Below, one piece after another: positions 18,691 to 30,079 of a DNA stretch of 64,000 bases. The translations under genes were made by a program, and so were the position numbers. The notes below the pieces were generated by a model. That model worked only from the letters and a program-made list of their open reading frames with translations, made no database searches and had not been told where the DNA came from. The stretch's first letter is position 1. Each line of letters begins with the position of its first letter. The stretch comes from Pseudomonadales bacterium (GTDB lineage: Bacteria > Pseudomonadota > Gammaproteobacteria > Pseudomonadales > JANQJO01): NCBI GenBank assembly GCA_028281605.1, contig JANQJO010000079.1, positions 39,256 through 103,255 on the forward strand, written 5' to 3'.

Positions 18691-21186
18691 TCAATTGATT
18701 TTTGGATTGTTTGGCTTTATCAATTGTTTTAGAGCAGTTTGCCGTTGACGGCTGTCCTCTTGTCGAATAGCCATGGCAAGCGCTTTGCGTGTACCTACAA
18801 ATATCGCCAACTTTTTTGCGCGTGTTAAACCGGTATATACAAGATTGCGATGCAGCATTTTAAAATGTTGAGTTAATACGGGAATAATCACCGCTTTAAA
18901 TTCACTCCCTTGTGATTTATGAATCGTAATTGCATAAGCTAAATCAAGCTCCATAAGGTCTTCTTTTTTATAGCGTACAGTGCGTGAGTTGGGATAAAAG
19001 CTGACTTCACAGGTTAGGTTTTCAGTGTCAATAGCTGTGATTTTTCCTATATCACCATTGAAGACATTCAAGTCATAATTATTACGCCGATGTATGACTC
19101 GATCTCCTTCTCGAAAAATACGTTCCCCTATTTGTAATTGATACTTTCCAGATTTGGATGGGTTAGCTTTTTCTTGTAACACTTTATTGAGATTAGCTGT
19201 GCCTAAGGAACCCCGAGTCATTGGCGTTAGAATTTGAATTTCAGTTTCTGTGCCATGATACTTCGGAATCCAATCCAAGTATAGTTTCACAATGACATCT
19301 AGACATGTCAAGTTATAATGCAGTGATGACCAAGGGTGAATTTTTTTAATAACAGCTTTGAAAGAGGCTATTTTGTTATCAGTTTTATGTAATCGATCTA
19401 GTTGTACATGTTCAAATTGCTTGGGGATGGTGAACTCTTGTTCATAAGCTGATTGGATGGTTTCTTGAGTGCGAAACTCAAATGGTGTTTCTTCTGTTGT
19501 GTTCAGTTGTTCAAGTTCTGATGTTTTCCAGTCAAAAAAACGTTTGACTCTAGTAATAAAGCCCAATTGTGCTTGGGTGGCTTCATCGGAATCAATAAAG
19601 AGACAGTCAGTTTTATTTTCCCAACTTTGGGGTTTTTTAAAAGGTGAGGTGATGGCTGGTAGTTGGCCTTGATTGATTTGATGAGCAAAGCGAATGATTG
19701 AAGACTGTTGTGCCTGTCGAAACACTTGAGTCAGATGAAAGCACGGTATTATATTCGAAGAAATGATATCCCGTAATACATTTCCTGCACCGATGGAAGG
19801 CAGTTGGTCGGCATCTCCTATAAAGAGTACCTGACAGCCTCCAGGAGTCGCTTTTAATAGGGCTGCAGACAGACTGATGTCGAGCATGGAGCATTCATCG
19901 ATAATTAAAAAATCAGCTTTGAGCGGAGTTTCTTCGTTTTTTTGGAAGGCCCCCATTTTCCATTCTAATAATCTGTGCAAGGTTTTTGCTTCTCGTCTGA
20001 TGACTTCACTCATTTTTTGAGTGGCACGTCCTGTGGGTGCAGCCAGTAAAACTTGTCTGCCCATGGATTCTAAAAGGCGAACAATCACGCGTGTGGTCGT
20101 TGTTTTGCCGCAGCCAGGCCCACCTGTCAGAATGGAAAATGGATGCTGTACGATTTCTGTTGCGGCGTGAGCTTGTTCTTCACTTAAGTGAATGCCTGTT
20201 GTGTGACAATAACGTTCAATCCATCGGGTAACTCGTTCGTGATCAACTGACACCATTGTACTTTGCATTTCGTTTAAGCGTTCTGCTACTGTAGATTCGT
20301 CGTAAAAGAGCGTTTTAGAATAGTAGGCAGTAATGTGTGTATGCTTTTCTTTGATGAGTGAACGGGTGCGTAGTTGGTTGTTCTGTTGTAGAGTCTCAAG
20401 GTGCTTATTCAGGACATCGCTTAAATCCAACTCGATCAGTTGTTTGGTGCCTTCTTGGATTTGTATCTGAGTTAAATAACAATGTCCTTGCTCACGGCTG
20501 GCTGATAATACTTGTTTAATAGCTGCCATAATTCGCTGATCACTGTCTTTGGCCAGTCCTAAACTGAGAGCGACTTTGTCTGCTGAGAAAAAACCTATAC
20601 CATAAATGTCATTGGCTAATTGATAAGGATCAGTGATGACTGTTTGAATAGCATTGTCGCCATATTCTTTATAAATACGTACAGCGAATAGAGAGCTGAT
20701 CCCGTGACTTTGTAGGAACATCATAACTTCTCGAATTGAGCGATGTTCACACCAGGCTGTCTCGATCATTTCTAATTTTTTTTGGGCGATGCCGGGTACT
20801 TCTGTGAGTCTTTCTATGTGGTGCTCAAAGACATCTAGGGTGTCTTTTTTAAAGTAGCCGACAATTTTTTTAGCCGTTTTAGGTCCAACGCCTTTGATTA
20901 AGCCAGAACCCAGATACTTTTCTAAGGAAGCTGCTGTTGCTGGTTTTTTTTCTAGTGCGTTGTTGGCTTGGAATTGGCGTCCGTACTTTTGATTGATGGT
21001 CCAGGTACCACTGAATTGCATGGTTGCCCCAGCAAATACTTGAGTTTGATGGACTGTCACTGTTTCTTGTTGTCCAGGCCTGTCCAGTGGCTGTACGCGT
21101 AGTACTGACCAACCGTTATCAGGGTTATGATAAGTGACTCGATTGACGATTCCAGTTAAGGTCTCTGCAATATCGCTCATTGCCAA
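18691..21186 (-). CDS. recD2: RecD2-like SF1B ATP-dependent DNA helicase
   Basis: Walker A GGPGCGKTT, Walker B LIIDECSMLD, GDADQLPSIGAGNVL, AITIHKSQGSEF, and an N-terminal HhH-like GVGPKTAKKI. Confidence 0.85.
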   Translation of the reverse strand: MAMSDIAETLTGIVNRVTYHNPDNGWSVLRVQPLDRPGQQETVTVHQTQVFAGATMQFSGTWTINQKYGRQFQANNALEKKPATAASLEKYLGSGLIKGVGPKTAKKIVGYFKKDTLDVFEHHIERLTEVPGIAQKKLEMIETAWCEHRSIREVMMFLQSHGISSLFAVRIYKEYGDNAIQTVITDPYQLANDIYGIGFFSADKVALSLGLAKDSDQRIMAAIKQVLSASREQGHCYLTQIQIQEGTKQLIELDLSDVLNKHLETLQQNNQLRTRSLIKEKHTHITAYYSKTLFYDESTVAERLNEMQSTMVSVDHERVTRWIERYCHTTGIHLSEEQAHAATEIVQHPFSILTGGPGCGKTTTTRVIVRLLESMGRQVLLAAPTGRATQKMSEVIRREAKTLHRLLEWKMGAFQKNEETPLKADFLIIDECSMLDISLSAALLKATPGGCQVLFIGDADQLPSIGAGNVLRDIISSNIIPCFHLTQVFRQAQQSSIIRFAHQINQGQLPAITSPFKKPQSWENKTDCLFIDSDEATQAQLGFITRVKRFFDWKTSELEQLNTTEETPFEFRTQETIQSAYEQEFTIPKQFEHVQLDRLHKTDNKIASFKAVIKKIHPWSSLHYNLTCLDVIVKLYLDWIPKYHGTETEIQILTPMTRGSLGTANLNKVLQEKANPSKSGKYQLQIGERIFREGDRVIHRRNNYDLNVFNGDIGKITAIDTENLTCEVSFYPNSRTVRYKKEDLMELDLAYAITIHKSQGSEFKAVIIPVLTQHFKMLHRNLVYTGLTRAKKLAIFVGTRKALAMAIRQEDSRQRQTALKQLIKPNNPKIN

Positions 21187-21623
21187 ATAAAATGCTCGAC
21201 AAAAGAAGAGCCGTCGTCAAATTGAAAAGTGAAGGGCACGGTTTTTTGGTCGAACCATTGTTGGTCAAAATTAAATACCATGATGTGATAACCCCCTGGT
21301 TTGAAAGTGACCTTGCTATGGCTGGGTATGAGGATAGAGTCTATGTGTTGCATAATGCTTAATCCATTTTTTTTTTCTATAGTATGTATTTCTATTTTTG
21401 CTGCTATTGGTGATGATATGTTGACTAAAATGCGATTTTTGTTTGACGTGTTTTTTATTTGAAAATAGGCGGCTGTGTGTGTGCTGATGGTTGGAACTTT
21501 CCGTATCCAAGCGTTGGTTATAGCAAGTTGTGTTTTATTATTCTGAGCCATGGCATGAGGTAGGCTCATATGCAATTGTATGAGTAACAATAAGGTTAAA
21601 TGGTATTGTATTAAACGTTTCAC
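21177..21623 (-). CDS. Copper chaperone PCu(A)C (DUF461 family)
   Basis: Signal peptide, YFQIKN, IEIHT...MQHI and FKPGGYHIMVFN motifs. Overlaps the upstream SCO gene by 4 nt. Confidence 0.75.
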   Translation of the reverse strand: MKRLIQYHLTLLLLIQLHMSLPHAMAQNNKTQLAITNAWIRKVPTISTHTAAYFQIKNTSNKNRILVNISSPIAAKIEIHTIEKKNGLSIMQHIDSILIPSHSKVTFKPGGYHIMVFNFDQQWFDQKTVPFTFQFDDGSSFVEHFIWQ

Positions 21624-22246
21624 TCTGCTAGTGCCATTTCAGCCAGTTTTTTCCACCAAGGCTGGCCTTTTAATAAGCTTCTTACATCGGCCACAATTTC
21701 GTCTATATTATGATCGCTCGCATAGAGTTTGCGAATGCGGTTTTTTTGGTCGAGTAAGTAAATATAATCACTGTGTGCGTACAGAACATCAGATTCAACG
21801 CTTGTTTGTTGTTTGGCAAAGATGGCTCCATATTGTTTAGCGACGGTTTTGAGCTCTGCTTTGGTACCAGTAAAACCGATGATATTTGAGTTAAAATGAG
21901 CAAGATACTGTTGTAGCTTATGGATGGTGTCGCGTTCATGGTCAAAGGATATGAATAATACTTGTACTTGATCGCTGTCTTCTTTTAGGCGTTTTAATGT
22001 TTGACTTAAACGGCTTAACACCATTGGGCATATATCTGGACAGGTAGTATAACCAAAATTCAATAATAGTACTTTGCCTTCATATTCATTGAGTGCGACT
22101 GGGCGATTTAGAGTACCGGGCAATTTAAAATGACCACCTAGTCGTGTGTTAATGGGCAGTTCCTTAGCGTGTATTGTATTGGTAAAAAGTGTTAGCGTGA
22201 TGATAATTAAGCTAAAGAGAAGGCTGGCAATCTGTTTTATGCGCAT
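21620..22246 (-). CDS. SCO1/SenC family copper-binding protein
   Basis: CPDICP motif in a thioredoxin-like fold context, with an N-terminal membrane anchor. Confidence 0.85.
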   Translation of the reverse strand: MRIKQIASLLFSLIIITLTLFTNTIHAKELPINTRLGGHFKLPGTLNRPVALNEYEGKVLLLNFGYTTCPDICPMVLSRLSQTLKRLKEDSDQVQVLFISFDHERDTIHKLQQYLAHFNSNIIGFTGTKAELKTVAKQYGAIFAKQQTSVESDVLYAHSDYIYLLDQKNRIRKLYASDHNIDEIVADVRSLLKGQPWWKKLAEMALAE

Positions 22247-22299
22247 TATTTGTCCATATGAGTGTTGTTTGAGGGTTTTGTAACCTTTGAGCAGGGTTG

Positions 22300-22764
22300 T
22301 TAAGTACTTTTTTCGTGTTGTAGTAAAAAGGCTTTACGGTCTATGCCTCCTGCATATCCCCCTAAAGTTCCGTCGGCGGCAATTACGCGGTGGCAGGGAA
22401 TAACAATTGAAATCGCATTTTTCCCGTTAGCGCTGCCAACAGCTCGCGCAGCTTTGGGATTGTTTATTTTTATTGCTAGTTCACTGTAGCTAATGGTTTT
22501 GTTGTATGGAATGCTCATTAATTCTTTCCATACAGACTGTTGAAACGGAGTTCCTTGTGGTTTGAGAGGTAAATTAAAGATTTTGCGAGAACCAGAAAAA
22601 TAGTCTTCTAACTGCTGTATTGCGTTTTGCAGTACAGTAGGTAGAGGTGAGTGCTTTTTGTCTGTGTAAATTGTTTTGCTCCAGTCGATTTGAATTATAT
22701 GAGTTTCCGTAGATTTCAGAATTAAAAGGCCTACTTTTGTTTGTAAGGTCGTTTGATAGATCAT
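22300..22764 (-). CDS. ogt: Methylated-DNA--protein-cysteine methyltransferase
   Basis: Active-site IPCHRVI and the preceding NGKNAISIV. 154 aa. Confidence 0.9.
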   Translation of the reverse strand: MIYQTTLQTKVGLLILKSTETHIIQIDWSKTIYTDKKHSPLPTVLQNAIQQLEDYFSGSRKIFNLPLKPQGTPFQQSVWKELMSIPYNKTISYSELAIKINNPKAARAVGSANGKNAISIVIPCHRVIAADGTLGGYAGGIDRKAFLLQHEKST

Positions 22765-22959
22765 ATTCTATCTCAGTTTGGTTATGATTAGTATGTTATC
22801 ACTATCGTGCTTTAGATACTTGTCTAGAATATATCGAAACTAATATTTTTTATCAAACTGAAAGTTGTTTTTATTTTTTTGAGTTGTAATAATGAAATGC
22901 ATTTAAAGTATATCGTGGTGTTTGTTTTGTAATCAAACAAGAAGAGGTGTCAATATTAT

Positions 22960-24450
22960 ATGGTTTCATTTGATCCAAATCGTAGAAGTTATAAAGATGC
23001 ATTGTTGTCTGGTTCTTCTGGAGCTTCTCAAAGATTGTCAGGTGCAGATTGTAGTAGTGGGGGTGCAGAGGGAAGCGGTTTGTTGAAAGCCCATGATATA
23101 AGAGACTTGAGATTATCGGCTTTGAATGATGCTAACTGGCAGTCAGTGCCTATAAATACTTTTGAGTTGATTTTAGATAAACTTTGTGAAATAAAGGAAG
23201 AGGGTTGTACTAATAAAGAAACTTTTTCTAATTTAAGGTTGGTTTGTTGCGGCTGGTCTGAGATGTTGGCGATTTTAATTGCTACACGATATGGTGTGTT
23301 TCTTACCTCAGAGGGTAGTCAATCCTTGATAGCTGATGCGAGTGTAACCTCCATAGTTAAGTTTATTTCTTTGGGTTTGAAGTGTGTTTATGCTCCCGTT
23401 CGGTTTGATGAAGAAGTACGCAGTTCACTGCTTGCATTATTTAAACAACATAGTATTGCGTTACGTTTTCATTCTGTAGAGTTTCCAACAAATATGGAAG
23501 ATGCAGAAATGGAAAAGGTATGCGGGCAGGAGGACTATAATATATGTGATGCGTCAAGTTTTTCTTTTTATAATTGTAGCAAATTGACAAAAGCAGGTTT
23601 TGGATATATAGGTGAAAAGTTATCTTTTTCTTCTGAGCTTATGAAGGTTGATTTTACTGGAACCAGTATTCGGAAGGAGGATTTGAGTTTTTTGGGAAGT
23701 TGTAAAAATATTTCGTTTTTGACTTTTGATGCATGTTATGAACTTGAAGGCTTGCCCGAAAGTATTTTTTCTTTGGAAAAATTGAGTTATATTTCTTTTA
23801 ATGGTTGTTATAACTTGGATACAAAAAGCTTTAAATTCACGGGACAGGAGGATTTTTTTTGTAGAGGGCTTGAGAAGATTGATTTTAGTGGCACCAAGAT
23901 TGAGAAGGAAGATTTGCAGTTTTGGGGAGATTGCCCCAAGTTGTCGTCTTTAGTTTTTCAAAATTGTGATTTACTTGAAGGTTTGCCTGGAGAGATTTTT
24001 AAGTCTCTGACGAGTTTGTTTTTAATAAAATGTGATAAAATAACTGTGGGGGAGATGGGTCGTATCCATGATTTTGGTAGAAATCAGTTGATAGACCTTA
24101 GGCTCAGCGTGTGTCCTCGTGTCAGTCGTGAGCATTTGAAAGGCTTGAAAGAATACGGTAGTCAGTTAAAAACTTTATATTTGTCTACGTGCGAGGAGAA
24201 ATTCAACACAGAAGATTTGAAAGTTTTGCAGGGTATGAAAGGTCTTGAAGAGTATGGTATTGCTTTTACTGGTAGTAAGTCTAAGCTTCATGAAAGACCA
24301 AAGTTGGGTTGCTTGTCTGAAAGTTATTTGTATCATGACAGGCATGGTGGGCGTGAGAGTGCTTCTGAATATTATTTGTTGTCAAGTAACGATGATCTTG
24401 AGAGTGATAGATACGATCTGACGAGTGCTATTTATTATTGTGGTTTATAG
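22960..24450 (+). CDS. Eukaryote-like F-box / cysteine-type leucine-rich-repeat protein (putative secreted effector)
   Basis: F-box-like VPINTFELILDKL...LRLVCCGWSEML. Repeated C-x-x-L LRR units (NCSKLT, ACYELEGLP, GCYNLD, NCDLLEGLP, KCDKIT, VCPRVS, STCEE). Internal duplication of about 77 aa (23644-23768 vs 23874-23999). Confidence 0.75.
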   Translation: MVSFDPNRRSYKDALLSGSSGASQRLSGADCSSGGAEGSGLLKAHDIRDLRLSALNDANWQSVPINTFELILDKLCEIKEEGCTNKETFSNLRLVCCGWSEMLAILIATRYGVFLTSEGSQSLIADASVTSIVKFISLGLKCVYAPVRFDEEVRSSLLALFKQHSIALRFHSVEFPTNMEDAEMEKVCGQEDYNICDASSFSFYNCSKLTKAGFGYIGEKLSFSSELMKVDFTGTSIRKEDLSFLGSCKNISFLTFDACYELEGLPESIFSLEKLSYISFNGCYNLDTKSFKFTGQEDFFCRGLEKIDFSGTKIEKEDLQFWGDCPKLSSLVFQNCDLLEGLPGEIFKSLTSLFLIKCDKITVGEMGRIHDFGRNQLIDLRLSVCPRVSREHLKGLKEYGSQLKTLYLSTCEEKFNTEDLKVLQGMKGLEEYGIAFTGSKSKLHERPKLGCLSESYLYHDRHGGRESASEYYLLSSNDDLESDRYDLTSAIYYCGL

Positions 24451-24583
24451 GTGTTTGCGGTTTTTTTTGCTTTAAGTCAGGGTGCTATTTGACCAGAAAA
24501 TTTAATTTTGCTTGAATTTTATTCTCAAAAAATGGCAAATATTTTGCTTGTCTGTAAATAATTCAATAAAACAGACAGTGTAG

Positions 24584-26739
<2,156 letters not shown>

Positions 26740-26768
26740 CTGTTGTGTAGCATGATGGGACCTCTGTT

Positions 26769-27653
26769 ATGAAGCTTGGTCTTGGTACTGTACAATTTGG
26801 ATTAGACTATGGTATTAGTAATAATCGAGGTAAAGTTCCATTTGAAAAAGCTTTGTCTTTACTTAAAACGGCTTATCATGATGGCGTGACAGTGTTGGAT
26901 ACGGCCTATCATTACGGTTCTGCTGAGGCTGTGTTGGGCCACTTAGATTGGCAGAAATATCCTTTTAAGATTATATCTAAAACAGCTAAAATTGAGGCCC
27001 CAATAGTTTCTGCACCAGCAATAGCTAAGGTTCGAACACAATTTTTATCTTCGTTAAAAAAATTAAAGCAAACTACTGTTTACGGATTACTGGTGCATCA
27101 TTTTCCTGATTTATGTCAGGTGGGCTCTGAAAAATTATGGCATATGCTGGAAACTTTAAAGTCTGAACAGATTGTGAAAAAAATAGGGGTATCAGTTTAT
27201 GATCCACAGGATGTTTGGTATGTGTTGGAGCATTTTGCTCCTGATTTGATTCAGCTGCCTTTTAATGTATTGGATCAAAGGGCAGATACGAGCGGTGTGT
27301 TTGCAGCATTGTGTTCGAGAGGCATTGAGTGCCATGTGCGCAGCGTATATTTGCAAGGATTGTTGCTGATGCCAGCTGATAAAATTTTTAATGTTTTGCC
27401 TAGAGCTTTAATGGCTGTCAAGCGTTTTCAAGCTTTATGCCAGGATTATAAAATCAGTCCGATGGGAATGGCTTTGCATTTTGTTGATCAATACGAAGAA
27501 ATTGCGCATATGATTGTAGGTGTTACCTGTTTACAAGAATTGAGACAAGCTATGAATGCGCTTGCTGATTCAAGGAGTACGACGGTGTTAGAAGAATTAA
27601 AACAGTTAGCCGTATATGATAATCATGTCATTAACCCGTCATTATGGCCTTAA
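26769..27653 (+). CDS. Aldo/keto reductase family oxidoreductase
   Basis: MKLGLGTVQFGLDYG... and LDTAYHYGSAE motifs. 294 aa. Confidence 0.75.
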   Translation: MKLGLGTVQFGLDYGISNNRGKVPFEKALSLLKTAYHDGVTVLDTAYHYGSAEAVLGHLDWQKYPFKIISKTAKIEAPIVSAPAIAKVRTQFLSSLKKLKQTTVYGLLVHHFPDLCQVGSEKLWHMLETLKSEQIVKKIGVSVYDPQDVWYVLEHFAPDLIQLPFNVLDQRADTSGVFAALCSRGIECHVRSVYLQGLLLMPADKIFNVLPRALMAVKRFQALCQDYKISPMGMALHFVDQYEEIAHMIVGVTCLQELRQAMNALADSRSTTVLEELKQLAVYDNHVINPSLWP

Positions 27654-27670
27654 AGAGAGCGTGATGAGTC

Positions 27671-28729
27671 ATGATTTTTATAGATGATCGACCTATTGAT
27701 ACTGATCAAGGGGTTTTTATTGTTGCAGAACTTTCAGCTAATCATAATCAAGATTTTGATTGCGCAATTGAAACGATTAGGGCGGCAAAAGAGGCAGGAG
27801 CCGATGCTATTAAATTACAAACTTATACAGCTGATACTATCACTCTAGCATGCGATAATGAGTATTTTCGAGTACAGCACGGTACAATTTGGGATGGGGA
27901 AACGCTGCATAGTTTGTATGAAAAAGCTCATACCCCATGGGAATGGCATGTTCCGCTTAAAGCGGAAGCAGAGCGTTTAGGGTTGTTGTTCTTTTCATCC
28001 CCTTTTGACCAAACAGCTATTGATTTGTTAGAGTCTTTATCGGTGCCTGTATATAAGATAGCTTCTCCAGAAATTACGGATGTGCATCTGATTCGTGCAG
28101 TGGCTGCAACAGGAAAACCAGTCATTTTATCAACAGGCATTGCTACATTATCTGATATTGAGTCTGCTATTGAAGTATGCCATATGGAAGGCAATGATCA
28201 AATTATTTTATTAAAATGTGTCTCTGCCTATCCGACGCCGATGGAACAAGTGAATTTGAAAGCCTTGCGCATTTTGCGTGAAACTTTTAATGTGGTTGTA
28301 GGTTTATCAGATCATACTTTGGGATCGACTGTCGCGATTGCTGCGGTTGCTTTGGGGGCTTGTATGATCGAGAAACATTTTATTTTGGATAGAGCTCAGG
28401 GAGGGCCAGATGCGGCTTTTTCAATGGAGCCAAATGAATTTAAGAGTATGGTTACAGCGGTTAGAGACGTGGAATCTGCACTAGGGCATGTTGCCTGGTC
28501 TGTTGAGGGAGCCTCAAAGACAGCAAGAGATTTTTCCAGATCTTTGTTTGTTTGTCAAGATCTGGTTGTCGGTGATGTTTTGACAAAAGACAATGTGCGC
28601 TCTATTCGACCAGGTTATGGTTTGCATCCTAAATACTTGGAACATATTTTAGGAAGTCAAGTTCGGTTTGATATTGCTAAAGGAAGCCCGTTGTCGTGGG
28701 ATATGATTGTCAATGTAAAAGAAAGTTAA
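27671..28729 (+). CDS. pseI: Nonulosonic acid synthase (NeuB/PseI family)
   Basis: FIVAELSANHNQD, KLQTY, YKIASPEITD and LSDHT motifs, with a C-terminal SAF-like domain. The pseB/pseC context favours PseI over NeuB/LegI. Confidence 0.8.
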   Translation: MIFIDDRPIDTDQGVFIVAELSANHNQDFDCAIETIRAAKEAGADAIKLQTYTADTITLACDNEYFRVQHGTIWDGETLHSLYEKAHTPWEWHVPLKAEAERLGLLFFSSPFDQTAIDLLESLSVPVYKIASPEITDVHLIRAVAATGKPVILSTGIATLSDIESAIEVCHMEGNDQIILLKCVSAYPTPMEQVNLKALRILRETFNVVVGLSDHTLGSTVAIAAVALGACMIEKHFILDRAQGGPDAAFSMEPNEFKSMVTAVRDVESALGHVAWSVEGASKTARDFSRSLFVCQDLVVGDVLTKDNVRSIRPGYGLHPKYLEHILGSQVRFDIAKGSPLSWDMIVNVKES

Positions 28730-28739
28730 GGTGTGTTAT

Positions 28740-29648
28740 ATGGAAAAAAAGCCATTTGAATTAACTGAAAATAAAAAATATGGTTTTTTACAAATTGATC
28801 CGACACCGAGCGCAGAGGAAATTGCTCGGTTTTATGCTGAAGAATTTTATGCTTCTGACTATCCTAGGCTTAATGATTCCAAAGTTAAAGTACAGCAGCA
28901 AGATAAAGCATTCTACGACAGTCGTTGGCAAGATATGTGTGAGACTGTTTTTGAACACTTTAATTTAAAAGAAAAAGGAATAGGGGCGGGGGTTAAAGTG
29001 TTAGATGTAGGTTGTGGTTGGGGTCAAGCGTTATTGTACTTTAAAGCCAAAGATTTTGATTGTTATGGTTTTGATCCGGCGCTTGAGGCAGTAGAATACG
29101 CGCAGCATCAAGGGCTCAATGTGGTACAGGCGAACATGGAGACCATGCAAGTGTTTCCTGGAATAAAATTTGAGGTAGTGACACTGATCAATGTGTTAGA
29201 GCATTTGGCAGACCCTATTACTGTTATTCAAACCATTAGAGATGAAGTTTTGTCCAGTAATGGTTTGTTAATTATTGATGTACCAAATGAGTTTAATGAT
29301 TTTCAGGTGGCGGGTCAGCAGGCGCATGATTTACCACAGTGGTGGGTGGTGCCACCGGCGCATCTCAATTATTTTAGCCGATCTTCTTTGCAAAGTTTGT
29401 TAGAAGGAGAGGGTTTTACCGTGTTTGATGCACAGGCTTCTTTTCCTTTAGAAATGTTTTTATTGTTTGGTGATAATTATGTACAGAACTCTAAGTTGGG
29501 TCGATCTTGTCATTTGAAAAGAGTGCGGTTTGAAACGAATTTAAGAAAGCAAAACAAGGCAGATAAGCTAAAAGCATTTAATCGTGCTATGGCCGAGCTT
29601 GATTTGGGACGTCAGATTGTTATGTACGCTTGTATAAGCAAGGTGTAG
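28740..29648 (+). CDS. Class I SAM-dependent methyltransferase
   Basis: SAM motif I VLDVGCGWGQAL. ATG 28740 (MEKKPFEL) is preferred over GTG 28731. Confidence 0.75.
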   Translation: MEKKPFELTENKKYGFLQIDPTPSAEEIARFYAEEFYASDYPRLNDSKVKVQQQDKAFYDSRWQDMCETVFEHFNLKEKGIGAGVKVLDVGCGWGQALLYFKAKDFDCYGFDPALEAVEYAQHQGLNVVQANMETMQVFPGIKFEVVTLINVLEHLADPITVIQTIRDEVLSSNGLLIIDVPNEFNDFQVAGQQAHDLPQWWVVPPAHLNYFSRSSLQSLLEGEGFTVFDAQASFPLEMFLLFGDNYVQNSKLGRSCHLKRVRFETNLRKQNKADKLKAFNRAMAELDLGRQIVMYACISKV

Positions 29649-29674
29649 AGCATCTTTGAGTGATTGATGGCTTA

Positions 29675-29845
29675 TTATATATCTGACACTAAATCAATAA
29701 TAATTTGATTGCCTTTAAATTTAGCAATATCTAGAGCAGTGTTTCCATTGTGATTTTTTTCTTTTAAACTGATGCCTCTATCCAAAAGAGAAAGAATGGC
29801 TTTTTCTTTCCAAGCATCAGGTAAAAAAGATGTAATCACAGACAT
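29675..29845 (-). CDS. Mini-ORF (56 aa) containing a single ankyrin repeat
   Basis: My translation is MSVITSFLPDAWKEKAILSLLDRGISLKEKNHNGNTALDIAKFKGNQIIIDLVSDI*, below the ORF-track cutoff. GGAGA Shine-Dalgarno and TATAAT (forward 29871-29876) lie upstream. It could be a remnant. Confidence 0.35.
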   Translation of the reverse strand: MSVITSFLPDAWKEKAILSLLDRGISLKEKNHNGNTALDIAKFKGNQIIIDLVSDI

Positions 29846-30079
29846 AAGTAAATTATCTCCATTATAGCGGATTTCATATTTATTATTATTTTTCCTCGCT
29901 TTTTTACAAGTGGGAAGAGTGCACTACTTTTTCTGGAGAATATACAGATATTACTTGCTCAATAGATTAGCATGGACTCTGAATAGCTGAAAAATAGCAG
30001 GACCATTCATATGATCACTTATGCTTTCTCACAGAAAGCTATTGCATCATCATGAAAGTGAATCAAGGGTTTTAAATCC

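Noticed and set aside
11416-21186. Whether the kinase/FHA/PP2C operon is a type VI secretion threonine-phosphorylation pathway, and whether recD2 belongs to it.
   Set aside because: No TssA-M, Hcp, VgrG, ClpV or TagF-like proteins occur anywhere in the 64 kb. recD2 is convergent, looks like a housekeeping SF1B helicase, and is co-oriented with the SCO/PCuAC genes that follow it. It is therefore not counted as part of the system.
24436-24450. A possible CaaX prenylation box at the C-terminus of the F-box/LRR protein (…IYYCGL).
   Set aside because: The Cys is third from the end (C-G-L), not fourth as CaaX requires, so the motif does not fit.
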